Shown piece after piece: positions 16,053 through 29,023 of a stretch of DNA of 64,000 nucleotides (positions are counted from its first letter, which is position 1; each line of letters starts with the position of its first letter). Source of the stretch: the human T2T-CHM13v2.0 reference genome, Homo sapiens. The stretch lies in the NCBI RefSeq assembly GCF_009914755.1, contig NC_060937.1. One strand, given 5' to 3'. Position numbers and translations under genes: made by a program. The notes under the pieces are model-generated. The model saw only the letters and a list, made by a program, of their open reading frames with translations, was not told the DNA's origin and did no database searches.

Positions 16053-17054
16053 TCAAGCAATTGATTTTGTTTGTGGCTGTGGCTTATAAAATTTGTCCCT
16101 TTAGTTTGTTATTATCTTTGAAAAATTAATTGTAAATAGGCATTAGCCTACATTCATGATTTATTGTTTGTTGCACCAGCGTGAAAAGTCAGAACACCGC
16201 ACTACAAGGGCTCAAATTTTTCTTTGAATTTATAATACTTGTTCTAAAGGAGAAGAAGTGAGATTCTGACAAGCATGGGCTGATTTCCCATTATGTTTCC
16301 TAGCTTCTTGGCTCAATAAACTAGACCTTCAACAGTGCCAAACAGACGTTGACTGCCCTGGATCACCCAAGGTATGCTGGAGGCCTTAGGAGACCATATG
16401 TTAGGCATCTGACATATGTTAAAAAAGAGCTGGTCATATTTCTGAAGCGGATTTCCATAATGGAGCTTCAGCAGTGCTAGAATCAGCCCTGTAGCTCATC
16501 ATGTTTAATTCATGCTTAATTACATTTGAATCCGTGAACTTTCCATGAAGTCTTTACAATTGCACTTCCATTGCAGTAGTCGTACTTGCTGAATTTTTCT
16601 GCTTTAAAGACAAATGTCAGTGCCTTGTGAAATTTCACAATTATGCTATTCACTGTCATTTTTCATCCAGCTATAAATCAACATAATTTGATGATAGCTG
16701 TACAATTATGAAAATACTATCAAGTAGACATCACCTATGTGAACCTAATGCTAACCATTATTGTAATGAAGTCAGTTAAAGTTAGGAAATTCCTAGCCAG
16801 CCTGAACTTAACAGAACATGAAGTCATTTAACTTAATTGAAAGCGTTGGTTGAGTTTTTCTACTTCGGCAATAGAAGTTCTACACAAATTAGAGCTGCTT
16901 AAGGAAGTATTGCCTCCATAGTTGTCTTTAACACAGAGCAGGCAAGATCACCAGATTCACAGTGGTATTCCATACTCAGTCAACCTTCCTTTCTAAGTAC
17001 CATTTGATTATCTGCTACTGTCATGTTTACATCAAGTGCTATAAAGCCTGGTAT

Positions 17055-17215
17055 CAGAAAGTCATAGAATCATAGCTGAAAATAATTTTACAGATTCTCT
17101 ATTCTCTACGTTCATTTAACAAATGAGAAACTCAGACCCAGACTGTCCTAAAAATCACAGTTCTAGGGCAGTAGACTGGAACTGAAGCTCAAATTTCCTG
17201 ACACCAAAGCCAGGG
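17055..17215. mobile_element. MIR relic
   Basis: catttaacaaatgagaaactcagacccaga..tcacag core motif. Confidence 0.6.
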
Positions 17216-19270
17216 ATAGTTTGGGTCATGCACATGTCAATAAGGGTCATTGAGAGTCACAAGTAAAGCCTGAAGCTTTGCTCCTGCGTGAGAAATGCAA
17301 TACCAAAGAGTAGAACTTTGTTTCCTTCTCCACCCAAACAGATCATTGCCTCTAGTCTGGCTTTATGCCTGAAAACCTCACCATTGTATGTCTTTCTCTA
17401 AATTTACACCGTTGCATTCCTAGGAGAATATTGTTAAAATGGAAATCATGTATTATACAACAGGGGCTATCACCTGAAATTGTCCAAGGAATCCTTCAGC
17501 ATGAATAACAAGTTGGAAATCAGGGCCTAAATGGGTGGGACAGGGGACAGATCATATTTGATGGAGGTAACTGACAGAATGCAATGACAAGAAGGGACAT
17601 TGGACATGGTTGAGAACAATAGTGAGTACCTGGAATCTGAAGGTCTGGATAGGAAACAAGCTTTGGAGGGGCAGAAGTGAGTGCTTATAATAGACTGGGA
17701 AATAAGAGACAAGGCTCTGATGAAGAGCATTGGAGCAGATGACTAATACACACACACTAGAAACCATGAATGACCAATGACCAGTGTTACCATCTCTGGA
17801 GAAGAATTTTATCTCCATTGAGTGTTTTCCTTTTTTAACCCCTTCTCACTCAGAAAAGGCAAGAAAACTTCTGTGTCTATCTTAAATACTCTTGCCTAAG
17901 GTTTTCTCTGGGCATGTATGGCCAAAAGGTGGTTGATCCTTTAGCCAGAAAGTCCGTTTTAGAAAAGCTTCCCTGAGTTCAGACAGCAGCAGAAAAGCTC
18001 CCAAACAAGTCGTCATCATCCCATCATTTTGCTACAAAGCTTCCTCAAGAATGTTGTAGTAAGTTCTGAAGTCCACGAAGTACAGGAGAAGACATACAGT
18101 GAGCATCTGAGCATCTGGCAACACTTATGCCTCCCTCCCCTTTACCCCACCTTCAAACCTTGTGTGTGCTGTGCTGGACAAGGTGATTATGGTGGCACTT
18201 AGGGGTTCTAAGCTAAGCAGGTCCTGCTCTGCTTTAAACTGAGTAAATATATAATGGGGTGGGCAATTCCCATTGAGAGGTAACGCCCTCTTGGGATAAG
18301 AAGACGTTATAGTTACAAGACACTTTCTGGTGTGTTTAAGTCAATCCACAGCAAGCCCCTATGCTGCATAAATCAATAAGAGTAGAAAGAACACAGAAAC
18401 ACAAACCCTACTGTCACAAGCTTAGAGCCCCATGGAAGAGAGACAGCATCTCTGTAGAAAGATGGCCAAAAATATCAAGGTCAGAGGAAGGGAAGGCAAG
18501 AGAGAAATGGGTGGAAAAGGAAAATGTAAATGGGTGAAGGACAAAGGATACCACATATACCTTTAAGTAGACGATAACAACAGTTATGTGAGCACTGTGT
18601 TCTCACCACCATGCTATGATTGATATACCTTATCTTATTCGATGGTATTTATGACTTTAGATCTCCCAGAAGAAACTGTAATAATTAGTAGATTCATACC
18701 TGTCTCCAAATACTTACCTAAAGGAGAAGTAACTGAGCAAATGTACATCATTTATGGATGACAAAATTGGTGCCTGTGGTTTGATAACAGAAAGTCAATG
18801 GCAGAAGCTCTGCCTTATAAGCCTTCCTTGAGAAACACTATCTGCTATTTTATCAGCTTTGCTTTGAATGTCCCCTAATAACTGTCACAGCATCCTGGGT
18901 AGAGCAGATGCCCAATATTCACTTCTTGGTTTGCTTAGGGTTATAATTTTTTGTATCCTGAGGGACTCCCCAATTTTGTCATTAGTGAGTGTCCAAATCC
19001 TTACCCCTCAGTTTGTTAGCAATTCAGATTTCCAAAATGCTTGACCAAACATAGCCAGAGAAGACCCACTGTGAACCTTTGCCTGATGTATCCTCAACAT
19101 GTACAATCGTGAACCTCTCCCTCCTTTACCTCCACGTACCCACAAGCTCTTCCAAGTGCAAAGTCACCCAGAAGTACAAAAGGCACAAATGCAATTGAGA
19201 GATTCATGATGCAAAGACAAAACGTGGCCCAGAAAGTGCTAGAGGCTGAGGGAACAATAGCGCTTGTCAT

Positions 19271-19546
19271 GCTTGCAACTTAGCTCAGACCCGACCAATC
19301 AGGTAGGAAAGAGAGCTCACTAAAATGCTAATTAGGCAAAAACAGGAGGTAAAGAAATAGCCAATCATCTATTGCCTGAGAGCACCGCACGAGGGACAAT
19401 GATCGGGATATACACCCAGGCATTCAAGCTGGCAATGGCCACCTTCTTTGGATCCCCTCCCTTGTATGGGAGCTCTGTTTTCACTCTATTAAATCTTGCA
19501 ACAGCAATAAATAAATAAATTAATTAATTAATTAATAATAATAAAC
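19271..19546 (+). mobile_element. HERV-W LTR17 fragment (partial U3 plus R) with A-rich tail; processed retrocopy
   Basis: Close match to recalled LTR17 (gcttgcaacttagctca..ccaatcaggtag..gagagctcactaaaatgctaattaggcaaaaacaggaggtaaagaaatagccaatcatctattgcctgagagc); ends after ATTAAA at cttgcaacagca, then (AATA)/(TAAT)n. Confidence 0.9.
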
Positions 19547-20595
19547 AAAGACATTTTCACCCAGAGCAGGCCAAACCTTGGTCTGCCAGCTTTGAAAATG
19601 CTGGCCACAATATGACTTCAGTTTGCCAGGATAAAAGAGATTCTTTTGTGGAACACCCTCTGGGTTCAGGGAAATAATTAACTGTGGCTTCCATAGGCTA
19701 GGATTATGCCAGGTGGAAAAAACTACGTGCTTTAATCTGCTTGATCTGAAATGTGAAATTGGGCCTAAACACTTACTAGTGCTCTAAATGCTGCTGGGAG
19801 AACTGAGGTCTTGTTGCCTTAGACCTTCTGTTCTAAGCCTAGGCTTTTCTTTTACATTTCCACATTAATTAGAATTCTTTATAAGGGAGAGAATAATTGT
19901 TCTGGCTATTATGTACTATCAACAGACCGTTTTTAAGCTTTTACCCAAAAATCAGTGATTAGACCTCAGTCAGCATGCCTTCTGGTTACCCTCGCTTAGC
20001 CCTTCACACTTGCTGAGCAGGCAATAGTCGATCCTGTGGTTCTGAGATTAGAAAAATATTAGGCCTCCTTCCACCTTTAATCTCTGTGCCTACAGAGCAC
20101 TGAGGGGAGAAGACCAAAGATGAGTGCTCCTCCTGGGACCAAAGCAGAATATAACTCACTTTTAGAAAAGAGACAGAGAAAGCCCTTCAGAGGCATATGG
20201 GAGGCAGGCCTGAAGCAACACAAGGTCACATTCAAAAACTAGGGCACAACCAGGCTGGCAATGCGGACTCTCAAGAATGAGGTGGGTTGGTTTGCACAAA
20301 GCAATAAAATGAGACCAGAGCCAGAAGAGCGAGAGGGCATCGGCCTCTCCAGATGGAGACTCTGGATGGTGCTGGATGCTGCTGTGTGTGCCGGCTTGAC
20401 GGTGGCTTGTCACTGCCATTTATTTGCCATCAGGAGCACAGCCATCATGCATGGGAGGTTACTAAACCAACAAGAAACACACATTCACTGCCTTAGTATG
20501 TCACTCTGCTCTGTCCAGTCTTTCTAAATTGTAAGGAATATTTTCCAAAAATAAAGAGGATCCGTGTAACTAAGCACTCAAGGAATAGCAAACAC

Positions 20596-20989
20596 TGTTA
20601 ATGAAGAGTCAGACTCCATTTTTGAGGATTGAATGCCGACAGCTTTTAAGCCCTACTAGTCCTCCTTCCTCTCTGCCCCACATCTGAGCACGCTCTTAAG
20701 ACAGCCCAGGTGGTCTCCCTTTTGGCATCAAAAACAAGTCCAAATAACAGAAGCCACTGTCCATGCACAGAACCCTCACCCTGGCCACACCTCACTAAAT
20801 CACTATAAAAATCTCCTTTCTCTGCCTTCTCAAGCTGTTTTCAGACCAGCTTTGGAGCTTTCCTTGCTCTCCACAGAGAGTCTCATTCTATGAGTAATAA
20901 ACCTTTGCACATTCTTGGTGCATGTATGATGTCATCTCAACCAAATTTGAGTTAGGGGTCCACCCCACCTCTGTGGGTTGACCACAACA
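20596..20989 (+). mobile_element. ERV solo LTR (LTR47/MER72-like; family uncertain)
   Basis: TG...CA termini (tgttaat...cacaaca), TATA-like ctataaaa, AATAAA near 20896, about 390 bp long. Confidence 0.75.
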
Positions 20990-21060
20990 CATTGTTTAAA
21001 ATGCATAATGGCAATACTTGGCCAGGAGACATCAAAGACTTTTTGTTTTGTTTTGTTTTG

Positions 21061-21870
21061 AGAAGCCTATATAGAAATAACCATTCTTGCTGCACTTTAT
21101 GCAAATAATCAGGCCAAGTATAAAGTTTATTCATAATTAGTTTTTAACCAAAAATGAAAACTGGAGAGAAGAATTTTGCTCCAAAGCTTATCATATATTT
21201 GTCATTAATTCCTAGTTTCACGAATTGTTTTCAGGCTTTTCACCTACATTTTAGACCAACCCTGCTTATCTCTGTGAATCAAGCGGTGATCTCCTGCAGC
21301 TTGGACAAAAGAAAAGGGGATGGGTGACGCAAAACTTTAAATCAATATGCTAGTTCTGGGCAATTAACCTGCAAATTATGTCAGGTAATGAAAGTAAGTA
21401 GGATGCCCATAACCCAGAAATTTGTTTGGGAAAATAAAACCAAGAAACTTCATAGACCCCCAAAGGGAAATTTTATATCTTAGCAAGTAAAATTTTAGAT
21501 GGAAATTATCTACTATACCACACTTGTGGGAATCGCTATTCTCACTCTGCTATTTGCAATAGGGTTATACACGGTAGCACCTTCTAACTGAAATATTGGA
21601 CACAGAGTGTTCATTGCTGTATATTTTGCTTAATTATTATCCTTATAGCAGGGATAATAGTCACTAACAAAAAGGAAGCATGAAAGTTTTGCTATCACTA
21701 AGTCTGCTGGAACTTTTTATTGGGTTTAGTAATGCACTTTTAAGTGAAACATGCTGCTTTTGGATCAACACATCTAGTAAAGAAAAATCTACAGGTACTT
21801 AAAACCCAAATCAAAATTATTAACAGGCTCTGGGAAAATGCCAGCTTCAGCCCTGGGTGGCTACAATCCC
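21061..21870 (+). mobile_element. ERV1 (MER4-group) internal fragment with env TM remnant
   Basis: attcttgctgcactttatgcaaataatcaggccaagtata is a MER4-group internal motif; 21731 onward translates NALLSETCCFWINTSSK, resembling the gamma-type TM CC motif, then frameshifts. Confidence 0.8.
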
Positions 21871-22073
21871 AAGACATATTCTTAAGTGTAGAAAGCAATT
21901 TGCAAAACGACATGGGCTGTAAGATTTCATTTATATTAAAATAAGTATTTTTTATATGTGTATATATATAATGATCTGAAACCTGTTAACCAGGGCAGTG
22001 CAGAATATGGAGGAGTTGAATATGTTTTAAACTAATTGAAAAAACAGTTTTTACTCATCAAACAGGCAAAGAC

Positions 22074-23034
22074 TTTTTTTTTTTTAATTATACTTTAAGT
22101 TCTAGGGTACATGTGCACAACACGCAGGTTTGTTACATATGTATACATGTGACATGTTGGTTTGCTGCACCCATTCACTCATCATTTACATTAGGTATTT
22201 CTCCTAATGCTATCTATCCCCCTTCCCCTATCTCCCCACCCCATGACAGGCCTCAGTGTGTGATGTTCCCCGCCCTGTTTCCAAGTGTTCTCATTGTTCA
22301 ATTCCCACCTATGAGTGAGAGCATGCAGTGTTTGGTCTTCCGTCCTTGCGATAGTTTGCTGAGAATGATGGTTTCCAGCTTCATCCATGTCCCTACAAAG
22401 GACATGAACTCATCATTTTTTATGGCTGCATAGTATTCCATGGTGTATAAGTGCCACATTTTCTTAATCCAGTCTATCACTGATGGACATTTGGGTTGGT
22501 TCCAAGTCTTTGCTATTGTGAATAGTGCCACAATAAACATACGTGTGCATGTGTCTTTATAGCAGCATGATTTATAATCCTTTGGTATATACCCAGTAAT
22601 GGGATGGCTGGGTCAAATGGTGTTTCTAGTTCTAGATCCCTGAGGAATCTCCACACTGTCTTCCACAATGGTTGAACTAGTTTACAGTCCCACCAACAGT
22701 GTAAAAGTGTTCCTATTTCTCCACATCCTCTCCAGCACCTGTTGTTTCCTGACTTTTTAATGATTGCCATTCTAACTGGTGTGAGATGGTATCTCATTGT
22801 GGTTTTGATTTGCATTTCTCTGGTGGCCAGTGATGATGAGCATTTTTTCATGTGTCTGTTGGCTGCATGAATGTCTTCTTTTGAGAATTGTCTATTCATA
22901 TCCTTTGCCCACTTTTTGATGGGGTTGTTTGATTTTTTTCTTGTAAATTTGTTTAAGTTCTTTGTAGATTCTGGATATTAGCCCTTTGTCAGATGTGTAG
23001 ATTGCAAAAATTTTCTCCCATTCTGTAGGTTGCC
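22074..23034 (-). mobile_element. L1PA5/6-like, 5'-truncated (3' UTR plus ORF2 C-terminus)
   Basis: ORF 22513..22899 translates to the L1 ORF2 C-terminus ([27 protein letters not shown]); perfect 20-bp TSD caaacaggcaaagacttttt (22059-22078 / 23035-23054) at a TTTT/AA site. Confidence 0.97.
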
Positions 23035-23059
23035 CAAACAGGCAAAGACTTTTTAAAAG

Positions 23060-23330
23060 TGGATACCCCATATTGATGGGGATGTGAGGAAATGGGCATT
23101 CTCTGTACCACCAGTGAGCTTTGGAGAAAACTGAGTTATATATACACATAAATGGCTGCAAAAATGATCAAATCCTTTGACCCAGTAATTCCATTTCCAG
23201 TAATTAATCCTAAGGGAAAAAATCAGAGCTATGCTCAGCAATTTATATATAAGAATTACATTAATTTTTATTTCTATGAATGGAACACATGTGCATGTTT
23301 GAAACATAAAATAGGTTATAAGGCTTACAA
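23060..23330 (+). mobile_element. L1ME-type 3' fragment
   Basis: cctttgacccagtaattccatttccag..aattaatcctaagg, an old L1 ORF2-end motif. Confidence 0.65.
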
Positions 23331-23339
23331 TACAGCATA

Positions 23340-24790
23340 AGCCTCTAGTGAACATAGCAGCCCTGACTCAAGGTTCCCCATTCCCATAAGCCCATTCATC
23401 AGATTCCACCTCCCTCCACTCTTTGATGTTTCTTCTAATATGTAACTCCATATTTTTAAATAATATGCTTACCTTGCTGCTTTTTGTTTTGCCAGTTTTA
23501 GACCCACTATCTTGATATTATTATTGGGGCCAAGATATCCACTCTCCCCTCATCATCAACCCCACTCATCTTTACTTTCTGTCCTTTCCTGCTCCCAATT
23601 TTGTTATATCACAACCTTCATTTAATATCATTATAGCTGTGTAAATATTGCATTAATCCAAGAACTGTGCTGTGATTACATGATTTCCTTTCCAGTACAA
23701 TGTTTTAAGTTAATAGTTGTTATTTCTATGTAATTATCTCTAATATTTTCCTAATGTTTGCGGATGTTTAAATAGATCATATAGTCAGTCCTCCCTCCCA
23801 AGAACTTCCTAGGACTTCCCTTTCTTCCTTCTCTTGTGTTACATGAATATCCATTTTTCTTGGTCTTTATCTTTGTTTACTCCCTAGTTTGCTTAAGCAC
23901 AACTTCCAGCAGCTTCCCAAAAAGAGGAACAAGGGAGATCCTTCTCTTTTTTTCTTTCACTATTTGTATGTCTGGAAAAACCTTTATTTCTTTTATAATT
24001 TCCTCATCTTTGTTTTTGATTTCTCTCTTATTAACCTGATGTTGAACTTTTTAGATTGCTCTAATATCCTTCTCTTTCCTCCGTATTCTGTTTTTGTTCT
24101 ATTTTCTCAGAGTTCCTCAACTTCATCCTCCAATCCTTTTATTGAATTGTTTATGTTACTACCATATTTCTCATTCTTAAGGGCTCTTTCTAATCCCTTG
24201 ATTATTTCTTTTTATAGCACCTGTGTTTGTTTTATAGATGTAGTATCTTTTATTGCTCTGAAGATATTAAATATAGATTTTTGTTTTCTTCTTCATCATC
24301 TCTGTTTTTTATGGGTCCTTTTTTATTTGTTTGTTTGTTTGTTTTTTCCTTTAATGGTGGATGACTTGCTGAAATATACAGTGTTCTTTGGCTGTACATT
24401 CACATTTAAGGCTGGCAATTCCAAAGCTGCTGATTGGAAGCTCAGTGTTCATGATTCTGACTCGTCTATCAGTGGAAGTGTGGCATGCATGGCCATGATT
24501 TGTCCACCGATGAGCGAATTTGGAAGATGTTTAGCTCTGAAGTAAACAAGGCTTGGTGAGAGAGCAAATGTTACAATCTGGGGATCCCAACTCTAGAAGT
24601 GTTATATTTCTCCAAAAATTATCTAATTCCCTGCTGGAGGCGAGGGAACTTTGTGAATACACATCATACTCCTGGCAGTGGGACAGTGGGAGATCACTGA
24701 TGATTCTAAATATTGGTGGAGTTTCATTTAATGGCCTGCTTTCAGCTCTGTGCCCTCCCTACTCCCTGCCTTCTATAGTACCGTTGTAAG
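23340..24790 (-). mobile_element. HAL1/L1ME-like ancient LINE relic
   Basis: Reverse complement has an A-rich ORF1-like segment and a HAL1-like 3' region (ctattaact..gaaaggaaat..gtaatcacagcac..aatatttacacag). Confidence 0.55.
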
Positions 24791-25712
24791 TACTATGATA
24801 CCTAGTGTGACTAGGAGAAGGAAGACAGACAAATTGACAGCAGGGACAGATGAAGTGTAGAAACTAAAGAAACTGTTAGATTACTGGAATGAAGTGGCAT
24901 ACTCTTCAGAATAGATGGGGCTGGAGTCTTCTACAAGACCAGTATAGCTTATTGACACTTAAGGTTTCCTAAAGATGAATCCTACTCTTAGGACTAACTC
25001 TGGCCAACATAAGGAGATAAAATGTTGTAAGCCGGATAAAAAGTACCAGACAGCAGCCTCACATAGAGTGATATTGCTAAAATAAATCTTCCTGGTAGCT
25101 GGTCTGAAGCTCACTGTTTCTGTGTATTGGATTTTAGCCTATTTTTATAGTCATGCATTCCCATAAAGACACTTATTACAGACTGCAAAGACCTGATTAT
25201 GAAGAGTAGTTACAGAAAATGAATTATGCAAAGGAAAGATCTTACATTCTTAATACAAATACTTGTTAACAAATATGCAGCAGAGAAACAATAGGCTAAA
25301 AACCAGCTACTATCTTAAAAATAAATGCTTACTATTCTAAGAAATGTATTGTTTACAAATAACCTGTATCATCTGGTAAATTTATGTGAATGACATCCCA
25401 CAACTTCAAGCAGATGAAAAGGGTTTAGTCCATGAGGGCTTTACCTTGCGTCATCACTGGGAGGGAACGAAGAAATGTCTCTCCACATTCTTTCTAGACT
25501 CTCGGTTCAAGTTAGGCTCATGTCAGGATTAAGAAAATTTCACTTCTCAAGCTACTTTGGTATAATGCTGAAAGAAATAAAGCCAATTGTCCATAAGGTG
25601 AGTTCAGAGATGGCTTTGACATGACCTAAAGGATTTGGGGTCCCAACTCCCAGTTTAAGGATGGTGCTTTCTTGCTGCAGATAGCTGAAAAACTGTTCTA
25701 CTGAACTTCTCT

Positions 25713-25770
25713 TGCATTAGTCATGGTTCTCCAGAGAATAGAACCAATAGGAGATACACAGACACACCCA

Positions 25771-25805
<35 letters not shown>

Positions 25806-26168
25806 GGGAATGTATTGCAAGAATTCTCTCACACGATTATGGTGGCTGAGCACCCCATAACTTGCCATCTGGAGAACTAGCAAAGCTGGTGATGTAATTC
25901 AGTCCAAGTCTGGGGATGATGGTGCCAAGTCCCAGTCCAATTAGCTTAAACAGAGAGAGAAAATGCACTCTTATTCTTCCTTTTTATTCTGTTTAGGCCC
26001 TCAGTGGATTGGATTATGCCCATCCACATTGGTAGGGGCAATCTTTACTCAGTCTACTGATACAAATGCTTTCTTCTGAAAACATACTTATGGACATACC
26101 ACAGACATTACGTTTTACTATCTGGGCATCTCTTAGCCCAATCAAGTTGACACATAAAATTAACCATC
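25713..26168 (-). mobile_element. MLT2B-type ERVL LTR containing (CA)n at 25754-25805
   Basis: attagtcatggttctccagaga..agaaccaatagga start and caagttgacacataaaattaaccatc end. Confidence 0.88.
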
Positions 26169-26839
26169 TGTGTACATGTGAGAAGTTCTATAGTGTACAA
26201 CTCCAGGGAGGTAGACTTAGTACAAACTCCAATAGATACCACATAACAATTCAAATATTGATTAGATGTAATGCCACACATCTACTTATGCATATACCTA
26301 CCCATATCTAACCATGCTTATATATTATAGTTAGAATAAGTGGTTAAATTATCTTATGGAATGCCTTTCAATCCTCAAGGTTATAAATAGGTACCCCTCC
26401 TGTGTGCAAACATGGAATCCTATACTTACTTTACACTGTTAGTAATTATTTACCTATTTACACTTCTGTCTGCTTAGTTCTGAAGGCAGGTATGAGTTGT
26501 GATAAATCATTATATACCCTATCTAATGCCTAGCACAGTGCTAGGTACATAGCAGATGCTCAATAAATATTTGCTGCATGAAGGAGTAGCTTACAATGTC
26601 TTTACGAAAAGCTCCTTAAAAATCTTGCCTCACTTCTGATTCCTGCTTCTAAATCACCTGGGGTAAATATAAAAGTGCAAAGGGAGTGAAAAAGTAGAGA
26701 AGGGTCAAATTGTCAAAATAAATGAACTCTTTTCATGTACCTAAACCTATTTTTGGAACTCAAAAATTGAAAACTACAACTCTATTTATTAAAATATTTT
26801 GAAAGAAGTTGATACAATCACTTAGCAAACAGTTTTTAC

Positions 26840-27143
26840 TTTTTTTTTTTTTGAGACAGAGTCTCTCTCTTTCTCCCAGACTGGTGTGCAGTGGCGATCT
26901 TGGCTCACTGCAACCTCCACCTCCCGGGTTCAAGCGATTCTCCTGCCTCAGCCTCCTGAGTAGCTGGGACTAACAGGTGCACGTCACCACCCCTGGCTAA
27001 TTTTTTCTATTTTTAGTAGAGACGGGGTTTCACCGTATTGCCCAGGCTGGTCAGGTTGGTGTCAAACTCCTGAGCTAAGGCAATCTGCCCACATCGGCCT
27101 ACCAAAGTGCTGGGGTTACAGGCGTGAGCCACCATACCCAGCC
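26840..27143 (-). mobile_element. AluS
   Basis: Full dimer in reverse orientation with T-tract; small internal duplication ggctggtcaggttgg. Confidence 0.93.
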
Positions 27144-27385
27144 TACACTCTTTTAAAGTTTAATTAACATAGCCGATGAACTAGCAATTCTAACATAGCC
27201 TATGAACTCTTGCATATGTGCACAAGGGACATGTACAAGAATATTTATTGCAGCTTGGTCCACAACACCTGATAAATGAAAACATCTGAGTGTCAACTGA
27301 GAAGAGAATGCTAAAATAATGGAATGGTGAGTGTTCTAAAATAAACTAGCGCTGCATACAACAATAAGGGTCACTCTTAGAAACA

Positions 27386-29023
27386 TGGGGTGGTTCATTT
27401 TGTGTGTCATCATGGCTAAGCTATAAAGCCCAGATCTTTGGTCAAAACTTAGTCTAGATATTTCTGTGAAGCTATTTTTATATGAGATTAACATTTACAA
27501 TCAGTAGACACTATGTAAAGCAGAGTCCCCCAACTCCATAATGTGGGTGGGCCTCATTTAATCAGTCGATGCTCTTAAGAGCAAAGATTGAGGTTTCTCA
27601 CAAAAGAAGAAATTCTTCCTAAAGACTGCAACATAGAAATCCTGCCTGAATATGACTCCAAAAGCACAAACAACAAAAGTAAAACTAGACAAATGAGATT
27701 ATATCAAGCTAAAAAAATCTCCTGAACTACAAAGGAAACATTCACCAGAGTAAAGAGACAACCTCTGCAATGGGAGAAATATTTGCAAAGTATGCATTAA
27801 ATAAGGGGTTAATATCCAAAATACATAAGGAGCACAAACAACTAAATAGCATGAAGTCAGATAATGTGATTTTTTTAAATGGGCAAAATACCTGGATAAA
27901 AATTCCTCAAAAAAAGACACATGAATGGCCAATAGGTATATGAAAAATATTCAGTGGTATCTGTAATCATCAGGGAAATGCAAATTAAAACCACAACGAG
28001 ATATAACCTTACACTTGTTAGAATAGCTGTTATCAAAAAGATGAAAGAAAAAAGGTGTTGGTGAGGATGTAGAGAAAAGGGAAACCTGTATACTGTTGGT
28101 GGGAAGGTAAATGAGTGTGGCCATTAAAGCAGTTTGGAGATTTCTCAAAAAATTGAAAATAGAGCTACCATATAATCCAGCAATCCCACTAATGGGTATG
28201 CATCCAAAGGAGATGAAATCAGTATATCAAAGAGATTATCTTCACTCCCATGTTCATTGCCCCATTATTCAAAATAGCTTAGATATTGAATCAACCTAAT
28301 TATCCATCAACGGATGAATGAATAAAGAAAATGTGGTATATGAACACAATAGAATACTAGTCAGCCTTAAAAAAGAAGGAAATCTTGTCATTTGTGACAA
28401 CATTGATGAAACTGGAGAACATTGGCTTGAGAGAAATAAGCCAGGCACAGAAAGACAAATATCACATGATCTCACTTATATATGGAATTTTAAAAAGTCA
28501 AATACATAGAAGCAGGGTGGAATGGTAGTTACTAGTGCCTGGTGGTGGGGGCAGTGAATTGTGTGGATGTTGGTTGAAGAACACAAAATTTCAGTTAGAC
28601 AGGAGGAATAACTTCATGAGACCTATTGTACAACATGGTGACTATAAGTTCATAACAATATGTGAAAATTGCTGAGCAAGTAGATTTTGAGCTTTCTCAT
28701 TACAAATAAGTATGTGTGGTGATATATATATATTAACTCAATTTAGCCATTTCACAATGTACACATTTTTCCAAACACTGTGTTGTATACCATGAATATA
28801 TACAATATTTGTTAATTTAAAACAAATAAAAAAGAGGAAAAAAGAAATCCAACCCTGCCTGAGTCTTCATTTCCAGCCTGCTGGCCTGGCCTAGACATTT
28901 TAGACTTGCCAGTCCTCACAGTTGCATGAGTCAATTCCTTAAAATTTATCTTGCTCTCTTTCTCTTGGTCCCTCTCTCTTTCTCCTATTGACTCTGTCTC
29001 TGTGGAGAGTCTTGACAAATACA
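27386..29023 (+). mobile_element. MLT2D-type LTR split by an L1MA insertion, itself inside an L1ME relic
   Basis: 5' half 27386-27649 and 3' half 28843-29023; perfect 5-bp TSD aaaca (27381-27385 / 29024-29028). Confidence 0.85.
27650..28842 (+). mobile_element. L1MA6/7-like 5'-truncated LINE-1
   Basis: ORF2 C-terminal remnants (WRFLKKLKIELPYNPAIPL), L1MA 3' UTR and A-rich tail; TSD agaaatcctgcctga / agaaatccaaccctgcctga. Confidence 0.88.

Noticed and set aside
22298-23161. ORFs resembling real protein (128, 80 and 89 aa)
   Set aside because: These are frameshifted L1 ORF2 C-terminus fragments in a truncated L1PA, not a host gene.
23889-24545. Longest ORF (218 aa, very hydrophobic)
   Set aside because: It is the T-rich antisense strand of an ancient LINE ORF1-like relic; F/L/S-rich composition, TTG start and no recognisable domain.
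26529-26545. cctagcac-a-gtgctagg palindrome
   Set aside because: It is part of the L2 3'-end stem-loop, which is already quasi-palindromic in the consensus.
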